Source: Halobacteriovoraceae bacterium
Lineage (GTDB): Bacteria; Bdellovibrionota; Bacteriovoracia; Bacteriovoracales; Bacteriovoracaceae
Assembly: GCA_002707495.1 (NCBI GenBank)
Contig: PAMZ01000005.1
Span: 246,971 to 278,970, forward strand
Reading direction: 5' to 3'
DNA length: 32,000 nt
Shown: positions 17,413-26,338 of the stretch, one piece after another
Layout of the letters: the number at the start of each line of letters is the position of its first letter
How positions within the stretch are numbered: the first letter of the stretch is position 1
Position numbers and translations under genes: made by a program
The notes under the pieces: generated by a model
What the model was told of the DNA's origin: nothing
The model's input: only the letters and a program-made list of their open reading frames with translations
Database searches by the model: none

Positions 17413-18468
17413 ATGATTGATCCTAAAGATTTTGTTACTTACCTCAAAACACAGGGACTGGAATATTTTACAGGAGTACCAGACTCTATCTTAAAAAATT
17501 TTATTAACGAACTTCCAGAGACTCACCTTAAGGCCAATGAAGGTTCTGCTATTGCAGCTGCTATAGGTTATCATTTAGCGACAAAAAATATCGCAACCGT
17601 CTACATGCAAAACTCAGGCTTAGGAAATGCCATCAATCCTCTAGCGACAATGGCCTTAGTTTATAAAATTCCTGTTCTTCTTTTTATCGGATGGAGAGGT
17701 GAAGATAAAGATGAGCCTCAACATGAAGTCATGGGAAAAGCCAGTGCAAAAATGCTTGAAGCTATCGGAATAGAACATGAGGTACTCTCAATTGAAGAAA
17801 ATAAGTCAAAGTCTCAAATAGTGAATGCTTATAATCGAATGCACAATCAACAGTCTCCTTATGCTTTTTTGGTTCGAAAAAATACCTTTAAATCCACACA
17901 GCAAATATCAAATATTCAAGGTACACATCAAAGATCTAGTGTGATCAAAGAGCTGATTTCAAATCTTAAGCCGGGAGATAAAATTTTTGCCACTGCTGGC
18001 TATACTGGAAGAGAATTGTATGCGCTAGCCAAGAAAATGCAAAAACTCGAGCATATTTTTTTAGGCACGGGGGCCATGGGACATATCAGTCAATTGGCCC
18101 TGGAGTTTGCACTGAACTCAGGAAAAAATACTTATTGCCTAGATGGAGATGGAAGCGCGATTATGCACTTAGGAAACCTGCAGGAGATGAGCCAAAAAGC
18201 GCCAAAAAACTTAAAATATATCGTTTTCAATAATAGCTCCCATCAGTCAGTGGGACTAAATGAAAGTCTTTGGAAGCCGGGTGAAATATCGAGAGCCCTC
18301 AAAAGTTTTGGGGCTGAGCCTGTTGACGCTTTGGATAAACTTATTCAGTCTAAGAGTTTTTCAGTTTGGGAAGCTATTTGTGGCCAGGAAGTCATGGACA
18401 GTTTACCAAGACCAGAAGAAAATCCTATTGATCTAAAAAAGCTATTTTTAAATGATAAAATTAAATGA
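17413..18468 (+). CDS. ppd: Phosphonopyruvate decarboxylase (TPP-dependent)
   Basis: YFTGVPDSILK is at the N-terminus. The TPP motif is LDGDGSAIMHLGNL...IVFNNSSHQS. The gene starts 1 nt after the pepM stop. Confidence 0.8.
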   Translation: MIDPKDFVTYLKTQGLEYFTGVPDSILKNFINELPETHLKANEGSAIAAAIGYHLATKNIATVYMQNSGLGNAINPLATMALVYKIPVLLFIGWRGEDKDEPQHEVMGKASAKMLEAIGIEHEVLSIEENKSKSQIVNAYNRMHNQQSPYAFLVRKNTFKSTQQISNIQGTHQRSSVIKELISNLKPGDKIFATAGYTGRELYALAKKMQKLEHIFLGTGAMGHISQLALEFALNSGKNTYCLDGDGSAIMHLGNLQEMSQKAPKNLKYIVFNNSSHQSVGLNESLWKPGEISRALKSFGAEPVDALDKLIQSKSFSVWEAICGQEVMDSLPRPEENPIDLKKLFLNDKIK

Positions 18469-19498
18469 ATTAAAACAAATTCTCAATCAAAAAAAAGTCT
18501 TAGTTTTTACGAATAAAAACTCCTTCTCATTGTATAAAAACTATTTTGAGTCAGAATTTAATGCTTCGATTACCTATTACAAAGACTTTCAACTCAACCC
18601 TAAACTTTCAGATGTCATTGAGTGTTTCAAAAAAATTAACATAAATGACTTTGATGCCATTATAGGTATCGGTGGAGGAAGTCCCATGGACTTTTCTAAG
18701 GCTGTCACTTATTTTTCTCATTTTGAAATTTCTGAATATAATGATTTTCTTAAACACCTTAAATCTCCCAAACAATTTGAATCAAATCTTCCTCTTTACC
18801 TAATTCCTACAACGAGTGGAAGTGGTAGCGAGGGGAATAGGTTCTCTGTTATCTATGACGAAGCAGAAAAGTATTCACTTGTATCTAGTGCCATTTATCC
18901 GAAAAATATTGTCTTAGACTCTAAGTTTGTGGAGTTTCTTCCTAAAAGGGTAACTGCTTATACCGCTATCGATGCTATCACACACGCACTTGAATCTTTC
19001 TGGGCCAATGGATCGACAATCGATTCTCAAAAAATTTCACTAAAAGCTCTCAATATCCTTGTCCCAAATATAAAAGAAGTTGTTCATAATCCGACTGCAG
19101 AACTTAGAGAAAAAATAATGTTTGGGGCGTATTTAGCTGGAAAAGCGATAGATACTGCTATGACAACGGCCCCCCATGCCTTTAGTTATTATTTAACCAC
19201 TGAACACGGTATTCCCCACGGACAAGCCGTTGCTATAAATCTTGGCTACTTTATTGAGATAAATGGAACAGCTAGAGACCTAACACCAATTCATGAAGTT
19301 TTCCAAGTAAAAACCGATAATGAGTTAAAACTAGCATGGTTTAAATTATTAAAAGACATAGAGATTTATGAAAATCCTCTAGATATTGTCGATGATACAC
19401 AAGCTTTTTTCGATGCCGTTAATTCCGAAAGACTTGGAAATAATCCCTACCCGCTTAAAAAATCAGAGTTTGAAAAATTATTTACCGGTGACAATTAA
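18452..19498 (+). CDS. Group III iron-containing alcohol dehydrogenase; candidate phosphonoacetaldehyde reductase (PhpC/FomC-like)
   Basis: IIGIGGGSPMDFSKAV is present. Metal-ligand regions are AIDAITHALESFW and APHAFSYYLTTEHGIPHGQAVA. The gene overlaps ppd by 17 nt. Function is assigned from context. Confidence 0.65.
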   Translation: MIKLNELKQILNQKKVLVFTNKNSFSLYKNYFESEFNASITYYKDFQLNPKLSDVIECFKKININDFDAIIGIGGGSPMDFSKAVTYFSHFEISEYNDFLKHLKSPKQFESNLPLYLIPTTSGSGSEGNRFSVIYDEAEKYSLVSSAIYPKNIVLDSKFVEFLPKRVTAYTAIDAITHALESFWANGSTIDSQKISLKALNILVPNIKEVVHNPTAELREKIMFGAYLAGKAIDTAMTTAPHAFSYYLTTEHGIPHGQAVAINLGYFIEINGTARDLTPIHEVFQVKTDNELKLAWFKLLKDIEIYENPLDIVDDTQAFFDAVNSERLGNNPYPLKKSEFEKLFTGDN

Positions 19499-20365
19499 AA
19501 AGCTGGAAGACTTTTTCACTTCAAGCAGATAAGTTCCACTCTCTACCGCTAAGGCACAATCCAAGGGGTTTAGATCTTCCATTTCTCCTTCTAAGAGAAC
19601 TATCGAATCCCCAGCATTTAGATTTATCTCTAATTCAGTTTTAGTAAAGTTATTGAATAACTCTGCTCTAAAGTCTCGGTGATTGATTAATGAGACTATA
19701 CCTGCAATATCGAATAAATCTCTCTTTTGAGAATGAAGTAACTGGTCATTCTTAATAGGATCAAAAACCAAAACATCCATCGCTTTTTCTAAATGAAGCT
19801 CACGAGGTTTTCCGTCAAAGCCCAATCGATTCCAATCCCATACTCTATAAGTTACACTACTATTTTGTTGAACCTCACAAAGTGTCACACCCTTCCCAAT
19901 AGCATGAACGGTTCCTGGGGGAAGTTTAAAAAAATCTCCTCTACTTACAGGGATAAAATTTAAAAATTGATCACACGAAAGTCCAGACTTAGCTGCGTTT
20001 AAAAACTCTTTTTTAGTAACACCTTTTTTAAAACCTAGATAAATTCCAGCTTCTGGCTCATGATCCAAAATAAGCCAACATTCAGTTTTGCCTAAACTAT
20101 TTTCAAACTCTTTTGCATAAGCGTCATCCGGGTGAACTTGAATAGATAAATTACTGGCGGTGTCGATGTACTTAACTATATAACTCAGATTTAAATTTAT
20201 AGGCTTATTCGTATCAGCATTAAGGCTTTTACCCTCGGCAAGTGAGCTTACCTCCCAGGTTTCCCCGATCGGATTTTTAGCTGATATATTTCGAAGTGAC
20301 TTAAGCTTATCACCACCCCAAATTTTTTCATTTATAAATGGTTTTAATTTACAAATTTTAGGCAT
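19478..20365 (-). CDS. manA: Type I mannose-6-phosphate isomerase (cupin)
   Basis: The segments EKIWGG, LSIQVHPDDAYA, GKTECWLIL, GTVHAIGKG and VTYRVWDWNR are present. The ORF is 295 aa. Confidence 0.8.
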   Translation of the reverse strand: MPKICKLKPFINEKIWGGDKLKSLRNISAKNPIGETWEVSSLAEGKSLNADTNKPINLNLSYIVKYIDTASNLSIQVHPDDAYAKEFENSLGKTECWLILDHEPEAGIYLGFKKGVTKKEFLNAAKSGLSCDQFLNFIPVSRGDFFKLPPGTVHAIGKGVTLCEVQQNSSVTYRVWDWNRLGFDGKPRELHLEKAMDVLVFDPIKNDQLLHSQKRDLFDIAGIVSLINHRDFRAELFNNFTKTELEINLNAGDSIVLLEGEMEDLNPLDCALAVESGTYLLEVKKSSSFLIVTGK

Positions 20366-20453
20366 TTAAAAATCTTAGCAAAAGCCAGATCAAAGTAAAG
20401 ATTCATTGCTAAAAAACTAAATAAATAATACACTAACTCCCTTAGGAGTAACT

Positions 20454-23400
20454 ATGTCTAAAGTTTTAGTTCTCGATGGTGCCATGGGTACTATGATTCA
20501 ACAATATAAATTAACTGAAGAAGATTATAGGGGAGAGAGATTTAAAGATTATCCTTCTTCCCTTCAAGGAAATAACGATCTTCTCACTCTTACAAAGCCC
20601 GAAGTGATTTTAGAAATTCATCGCAAATATCTTGAAGCCGGTGCGGATATATTAGAAACGAATACGTTCTCTTGTACTTCAGTTGCGATGGCAGATTATA
20701 ATATGGAAGAGCTTGTCTACGAGCTTAACTTTGAAGCCGCCAAACTTGCAAGAGCTGCCTGCGATGAATTCAGTACACCTGAAAAACCGCGCTTTGTTGC
20801 CGGCTCCATTGGGCCAACCAATAAAACAGCAAGTATCTCTCCCGATGTTAACGATCCAGGTTTTAGGGCCATTAGCTTTGATGAATTAGTCGAGGCTTAT
20901 ATCGAACAAGTTAAGGCCCTCGTAGAAGGTGGCGTGGATTTTCTTTTAGTTGAAACTGTCTTTGATACTTTAAATGCGAAAGCTGCACTTTTTGCCATAA
21001 GTAGCTATTTTGAAAGTGTAAAAAAAGAACCCTTACCGGTTATGATGTCTGGCACGATTACCGATGCCTCAGGAAGAACTTTATCCGGCCAAACCATTGA
21101 AGCTTTTCTCTACTCCGTTTCTCACTACCCGTTAATGAGTATCGGAGTCAATTGTGCATTAGGTGCAGACATGATGAGACCCTACTTAAAGGTTCTCTCT
21201 GAAAAAGCTCCTTTTAAAGTTTCTCTTTATCCCAATGCGGGACTTCCCAATGAATTTGGTGAATATGATCAAACACCAAAGGAGATGGCTGATATTTTGG
21301 AGGAATACCTAAAAGAAGGTCATATAAATATTGTGGGTGGCTGTTGTGGAACCACCGATAAACATATTGCCGAAATAGCCAAGCGAGTTGATAAATACCA
21401 GGCAAGAAAGACTCCTGAAAAGGATCATATGCCTCACTACTCTGGGTTGGAACCACTTACGATTTTTGAGGGAAGCAATTTCATTAACGTAGGTGAGCGG
21501 ACAAATATTGCGGGCTCACTTAAATTCAAACGCCTTATTCAAGAAGAGAATTATGAAGCAGCTCTTGATGTCGCCAAGGACCAAGTAGAAAACGGCGCAC
21601 AAATTATTGATGTTAATATGGATGATGGGATGATTGACGGAAAAGCCGCCATGGTGAGATTTTTAAATCTTATCGCAGCGGAACCTGATATAGCACGAAT
21701 CCCTATTATGATTGATTCTTCCAAGTGGGAAATTATTGAAGCTGGTCTTAAATGCGTCCAAGGAAAGGCAGTCGTCAACTCTATCTCTCTAAAAGAAGGA
21801 GAAGAGGAATTTTTAAGACAAGCTGAGCTTATTAGAAAATATGGAGCTTCTGTCGTTGTCATGGCCTTTGATGAAGTCGGACAAGCCGACACATATGAAA
21901 GGCGAATTGCGATATGTGAGAGGGCCTACAAGCTCTTAACTGAGAAGATTCATTTCCCTCCTGAAGATATTATTTTTGATCCTAATATCTTGGCCATTGC
22001 AACGGGAATTGAAGAGCATAATAATTATGGTGTTGATTTTATCAATGCCACAAAATGGATTAAAGAAAACCTCCCTTATGCTAAGGTCAGTGGAGGTGTT
22101 TCCAATTTATCTTTTTCCTTTCGAGGAAATAATCCGGTCAGAGAGGCCATCCACTCAGTTTTTCTCTACCATGCCATCAAAGCAGGAATGGACATGGGAA
22201 TTGTCAATCCTGGACTTTTAGAAGTTTACGATGAGATCCCTTTGGATCTTCGAGAAAGAGTTGAAGCCGTTGTCTTGAATAAAAACGATGGCGCTACAGA
22301 CGAACTTTTGGAGTTTGCTCAAACCGTTGAGGGGACAAAAAAAGTTAAAACCGTTGATCTTAGCTGGCGAGAGGTAGATGTAGAAAAAAGACTTTCTCAT
22401 GCGCTCATAAAAGGAATTACTGACTTCATTGAAGAAGATGTAGAGGAAGCTCGTCAAAAGCTATCTAAACCTTTGGAGGTCATCGAGGGTCCACTCATGG
22501 CTGGAATGAATGTCGTCGGAGAGCTTTTTGGAGAAGGAAAGATGTTTCTTCCTCAGGTCGTAAAATCAGCCAGAGTTATGAAAAAAGCTGTCGGTTATCT
22601 ACAGCCATTTCTAGAGGCTGAAAAAGAATCTGGACTTGGACATAATGGGAAGATCCTCATGGCAACTGTTAAAGGCGATGTTCACGATATTGGTAAAAAT
22701 ATTGTTTCCGTTGTTCTTCGTTGTAATAATTTTGAGGTCATCGATATGGGAGTTATGATTCCCTGTGAAGATATACTAAAGAGGGCCCAAGAGGAAGAAG
22801 TCGATATCATAGGACTTTCAGGTCTGATCACCCCAAGTCTAGATGAAATGGTCAATGTGGCTAAAGAAATGGAAAGATTAAATATCAATAAACCTCTTCT
22901 TATTGGTGGAGCAACTACGAGTAGAATTCACACCGCGGTCAAAATTTCTCCACAAACGGAAAGTCCTGTTGTTCACGTGGCGGACGCATCAAAATCGGTT
23001 CCTGTGGCCCAAATGTTACTGACAAAAAGAGAAACTATTGAGAGTGAAATTAAAGCTCAATACCAAAGGCTTAGAGAAAACCATCAAAATAGAAGGCAAA
23101 ATCCTTTAGTAAGCTTTAACAGTGCCATAGAAAATAAAGCAATATTGGATTTTTCTCAGATTAAAAAACCAAGCTCGCTTGGTATAAAAGACTTCGACAG
23201 TATTACAGTTGGTGACTTAATACCCTATATCGACTGGACTCCCTTTTTTAGTGCCTGGAGACTCAAAGGAGCTTATCCAAAGATTCTAAAAGATGAAAAA
23301 TTCGGAGAAGAGGCGACGAAGCTCTTTCATGAAGCGCAAGAGTATTTAGAACAAATGAAAAAAGAAGGGCTTGCCATTAGAGCTAGAATTGGAATCTTTC

Positions 23401-24056
23401 CTGCTAGAAGTTTAGGGGAAGATATTGAAGTGTATCACCCTCAAACCAATGAATCGATAGAAACTCTATGCATGCTTCGAAACCAAAGAAAAATGGAGGA
23501 AAATCCTAATCGAAGTTTGGCCGATTTCATCTCTCCAAATGCTGGGGAAGATTTTATTGGTGCCTTTATTGTCACCTCAGGGGAAAATCTTGATAAAGTT
23601 CTCAAATTATACCCGGACGATGATTATGCAGAAATCATGCTCAAAGTTCTAGCAGATAGACTGGCTGAAGCCAGTGCTGAGTTTATGCATCAAAAGATTC
23701 GTACTGAGATTTGGGGTTATTCACCAGCTGAAGATTTAAGCAATGAGGAATTAATTCAGGAAAAATATAAAGGAATCAGACCTGCTCCCGGATATTCAGC
23801 CTGCCCGGATCATTCTGAGAAGAAAAAGCTGTTTAAGCTTTTAAAGGCTGACGATCAATTTCCCGTAAGTCTTACGGAATCCTGCGCTATGACCCCAGTC
23901 TCAAGTGTAAGTGGATGGTATTTTGCCCATCCAGAGGCCAGATATTTCAATGTAGGAAATGTGACAAAAGACCAAGTTATGTCTTATTCTAAAAGAAAAG
24001 GATTATCATTATCTGAAACTGAAAAATGGCTTCGCTCCATTCTAGATTATGAATAA
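20454..24056 (+). CDS. metH: Cobalamin-dependent methionine synthase
   Basis: The ORF is 1200 aa. The Hcy domain has VGGCCGTT (Zn site). The B12 domain has GDVHDIGKN (DxHxxG). A C-terminal AdoMet reactivation domain is present. A strong SD (AGGAGT) lies 5 nt upstream of the ATG. Confidence 0.95.
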   Translation: MSKVLVLDGAMGTMIQQYKLTEEDYRGERFKDYPSSLQGNNDLLTLTKPEVILEIHRKYLEAGADILETNTFSCTSVAMADYNMEELVYELNFEAAKLARAACDEFSTPEKPRFVAGSIGPTNKTASISPDVNDPGFRAISFDELVEAYIEQVKALVEGGVDFLLVETVFDTLNAKAALFAISSYFESVKKEPLPVMMSGTITDASGRTLSGQTIEAFLYSVSHYPLMSIGVNCALGADMMRPYLKVLSEKAPFKVSLYPNAGLPNEFGEYDQTPKEMADILEEYLKEGHINIVGGCCGTTDKHIAEIAKRVDKYQARKTPEKDHMPHYSGLEPLTIFEGSNFINVGERTNIAGSLKFKRLIQEENYEAALDVAKDQVENGAQIIDVNMDDGMIDGKAAMVRFLNLIAAEPDIARIPIMIDSSKWEIIEAGLKCVQGKAVVNSISLKEGEEEFLRQAELIRKYGASVVVMAFDEVGQADTYERRIAICERAYKLLTEKIHFPPEDIIFDPNILAIATGIEEHNNYGVDFINATKWIKENLPYAKVSGGVSNLSFSFRGNNPVREAIHSVFLYHAIKAGMDMGIVNPGLLEVYDEIPLDLRERVEAVVLNKNDGATDELLEFAQTVEGTKKVKTVDLSWREVDVEKRLSHALIKGITDFIEEDVEEARQKLSKPLEVIEGPLMAGMNVVGELFGEGKMFLPQVVKSARVMKKAVGYLQPFLEAEKESGLGHNGKILMATVKGDVHDIGKNIVSVVLRCNNFEVIDMGVMIPCEDILKRAQEEEVDIIGLSGLITPSLDEMVNVAKEMERLNINKPLLIGGATTSRIHTAVKISPQTESPVVHVADASKSVPVAQMLLTKRETIESEIKAQYQRLRENHQNRRQNPLVSFNSAIENKAILDFSQIKKPSSLGIKDFDSITVGDLIPYIDWTPFFSAWRLKGAYPKILKDEKFGEEATKLFHEAQEYLEQMKKEGLAIRARIGIFPARSLGEDIEVYHPQTNESIETLCMLRNQRKMEENPNRSLADFISPNAGEDFIGAFIVTSGENLDKVLKLYPDDDYAEIMLKVLADRLAEASAEFMHQKIRTEIWGYSPAEDLSNEELIQEKYKGIRPAPGYSACPDHSEKKKLFKLLKADDQFPVSLTESCAMTPVSSVSGWYFAHPEARYFNVGNVTKDQVMSYSKRKGLSLSETEKWLRSILDYE

Positions 24057-24072
24057 TCAAATTAGGTAATAT

Positions 24073-25029
24073 ATGAAAGTAATTGACCATATTAATTCAA
24101 GTAAAGGTGAGACCTTATTTTCTTTTGAAATTCTTCCTCCCATGAAAGGCCAGGGTATCTCGGGTCTATTCAATCAGGTTGAACCCTTAATGGAATTTAA
24201 ACCTAAATTTATTAATGTTACCTATCATAGAGAAGAGTACATATATAAAAAGAGGGAGCATGGACTCTTAGAAAAAGTCTCCACGCGAAAAAGACCTGGA
24301 ACCGTCGGTATTTGTGCCGCTCTTATGAATAAGTTTCATGTTGATACAGTACCTCATATTATTTGTGGAGGATTTACTAAGGAAGAAACAGAAAATGCAC
24401 TTATAGATCTCGACTTTCTTGGAATAGATAATGTTCTTGCCCTTCGCGGAGATGCTATTAAATCAGAAGCTCGCTTTGTTCCAACCCCAGGAGGTCATGA
24501 ATACGCAAGTGATCTCATCGAGCAGATTCAAACGATGAATTCGGGAAAGTATCTTAACTCTGAAGTGGAAAATGCTTTTCCCACTCAATTTTGTATCGGG
24601 GTATCAGGATATCCAGAAAAGCATTTTGAAGCTCCTAATTTTGAAACGGATCTAAAGTATCTAAAGAAAAAAGTGGAGTTAGGTGCTGAATATATCGTCA
24701 CTCAAATGTTTTTTGATAATAAAAAATTTTTTAATTTCGTAGAAAAGTGCCGAGAAGCAGAAATAAATGTTCCCATCATCCCGGGACTAAAACCTGTCTC
24801 AACCATGAGGCAAACAACCGTTCTTCCCAGTATTTTTCATATAGACCTTCCAGTGGATCTTATGAATGAAATAGAAAGTGCCAAAGACAATCAAGCTGTT
24901 AGAGAGATTGGGGTTGAGTGGGCGATTGCACAGTGTAAAGAATTAAAAGCAGCTGGAGTTCCTTGCATGCATTTTTACTCTATGGGGAAGTCGGATAATA
25001 TTCAAAAAATAGCAAGGGAGATCTTTTGA
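24073..25029 (+). CDS. metF: 5,10-methylenetetrahydrofolate reductase
   Basis: The length (318 aa) and overall pattern fit the MTHFR family (FSFEILPP, VTYH, ALRGD, ITQMFFD). It starts 16 nt after metH. Confidence 0.9.
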   Translation: MKVIDHINSSKGETLFSFEILPPMKGQGISGLFNQVEPLMEFKPKFINVTYHREEYIYKKREHGLLEKVSTRKRPGTVGICAALMNKFHVDTVPHIICGGFTKEETENALIDLDFLGIDNVLALRGDAIKSEARFVPTPGGHEYASDLIEQIQTMNSGKYLNSEVENAFPTQFCIGVSGYPEKHFEAPNFETDLKYLKKKVELGAEYIVTQMFFDNKKFFNFVEKCREAEINVPIIPGLKPVSTMRQTTVLPSIFHIDLPVDLMNEIESAKDNQAVREIGVEWAIAQCKELKAAGVPCMHFYSMGKSDNIQKIAREIF

Positions 25030-25757
25030 AACTTCCCTATTCTAAATCTCTTTTGATCATTCCCACATATAATGAAATTGATAATATCGAAAAGATGCTT
25101 TCGACTCTTGAGTCTCTTTATCAGGAGTTAAATATTCTTATCATCGATGATGGATCTCCAGATGGAACTGCTGATATTGTCAAAAAGCATCAAGAGACAA
25201 ACCAAAGACTTCATCTTATTCAAAGAACAGGGAAACTAGGTCTAGGCACTGCTTATATCACCGGTTTTAAGTGGGCCTTGGATAGAGATTTTGAGTTTGT
25301 CTTTGAAATGGATTGTGATTTCTCTCATGACCCAAAAGATATACCTATCTTATTAGAAGCCGCTCAATCAAATGATCTCATCATAGGCTCTCGTTATATA
25401 AATGGAATTCGAATTATAAACTGGCCTTTTAGAAGATTACTTTTATCCTATTGTGCTAGTTTGTATACAAGGATAATAACTGGAATAAAAATACTTGATG
25501 TCACTGGGGGCTTTAAGTGTTTCAATCGATCTGCATTAGAAAGCTTAAATCTTGATCGAGTCTTTTCTAACGGCTACTCTTTTCAGGTGGAGCTCAATTA
25601 CAAAATTTGGTCTAAAGGATTAAGAGTCAAAGAAGTTCCCATTATTTTTACTGAGCGTAGAGATGGACAATCGAAAATGTCCGGCGGAATTGTAAGAGAG
25701 GCTATCTTTGCTGTGATAATGTTAAGAATTCGACGTATATTTGGAACACTTCATTAA
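25026..25757 (+). CDS. GT2 polyprenyl-phosphate glycosyltransferase (Dpm1/Ppm1/ArnC-like)
   Basis: The segments LIIPTYNE, IIDDGSPDGT and EMDCDFSHDP are present. The ORF is 243 aa. The TTG start overlaps the metF stop by 4 nt. Confidence 0.8.
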   Translation: MKLPYSKSLLIIPTYNEIDNIEKMLSTLESLYQELNILIIDDGSPDGTADIVKKHQETNQRLHLIQRTGKLGLGTAYITGFKWALDRDFEFVFEMDCDFSHDPKDIPILLEAAQSNDLIIGSRYINGIRIINWPFRRLLLSYCASLYTRIITGIKILDVTGGFKCFNRSALESLNLDRVFSNGYSFQVELNYKIWSKGLRVKEVPIIFTERRDGQSKMSGGIVREAIFAVIMLRIRRIFGTLH

Positions 25758-26338
25758 TGATTTTAGAAAGTTTAAACTCTCTCGATACTCAGTTATTTTT
25801 ATTTCTTAATAGTTTTCATAACCCTATTTTTGATAAAATCATGCTTTTTCTTTCCTATAACAAAGTCCTCATGGGAATCCTTGTACTATTTCTCTTCACC
25901 CAAACAATTTTGAAATTTAGAAAATATTCCCTTGCCGCTATTATTCTAGCGATTATAGCTTTTGGACTGAGCGATAGTATTTCAAGTCGAATTCTAAAAC
26001 CTGGCTTTGAAAGACTCAGACCCTGTCATCAGGAAGCTCTAAAAGATAAAGTTCATTTAGCCGGAAAAAATTGTTGGGGTGGAAAGTATGGCTTTGTCAG
26101 CTCACACGCTTCAAATTCATTCGCACTGGCGAGTTTTTTCTTCTTCTTATTAGGTGGAAACTGGTACGGACTCTTATTTATTCACGCAGGCTTAGTCTCT
26201 TATTCGAGAATTTATTTAGCCAAGCATTTTCCCGGCGATATAATCGCCGGAGCAATACTGGGTATATTATTAGGATATCTTTGCTTTAAAATATGGAGCT
26301 TTTTAAAAACTAAATACTTTCTCTCTGATTTAAAATAA
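25757..26338 (+). CDS. PAP2-family membrane phosphatase (lipid phosphate / undecaprenyl-PP / lipid A phosphatase type)
   Basis: All three PAP2 motifs are present: KPGFERLRP (KX6RP), SSH, and SRIYLAKHFPGD (SRX5HX3D). Four to five TM helices are visible. The start overlaps the GT2 stop (TAATG). Confidence 0.8.
   Translation: MILESLNSLDTQLFLFLNSFHNPIFDKIMLFLSYNKVLMGILVLFLFTQTILKFRKYSLAAIILAIIAFGLSDSISSRILKPGFERLRPCHQEALKDKVHLAGKNCWGGKYGFVSSHASNSFALASFFFFLLGGNWYGLLFIHAGLVSYSRIYLAKHFPGDIIAGAILGILLGYLCFKIWSFLKTKYFLSDLK

Noticed and set aside
19478-20365. Cupin protein next to the phosphonate cassette as a possible HEPD/MPnS-type 2-HEP dioxygenase
   Set aside because: At 295 aa it is too short for the bicupin HEPD/MPnS enzymes. 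It carries the type I phosphomannose isomerase signatures (KIWGG, QVHPDD, ECW, HAIG, YRVWDW).
20366-20453. Possible riboswitch (cobalamin or SAM) or SD-sequestering hairpin upstream of metH
   Set aside because: The whole leader is only 88 nt, too short for a cobalamin or SAM-I aptamer plus expression platform. The only structure I see is a 5-bp stem (ACTCC/GGAGT, 20436..20449) over the SD, which is too weak to call.
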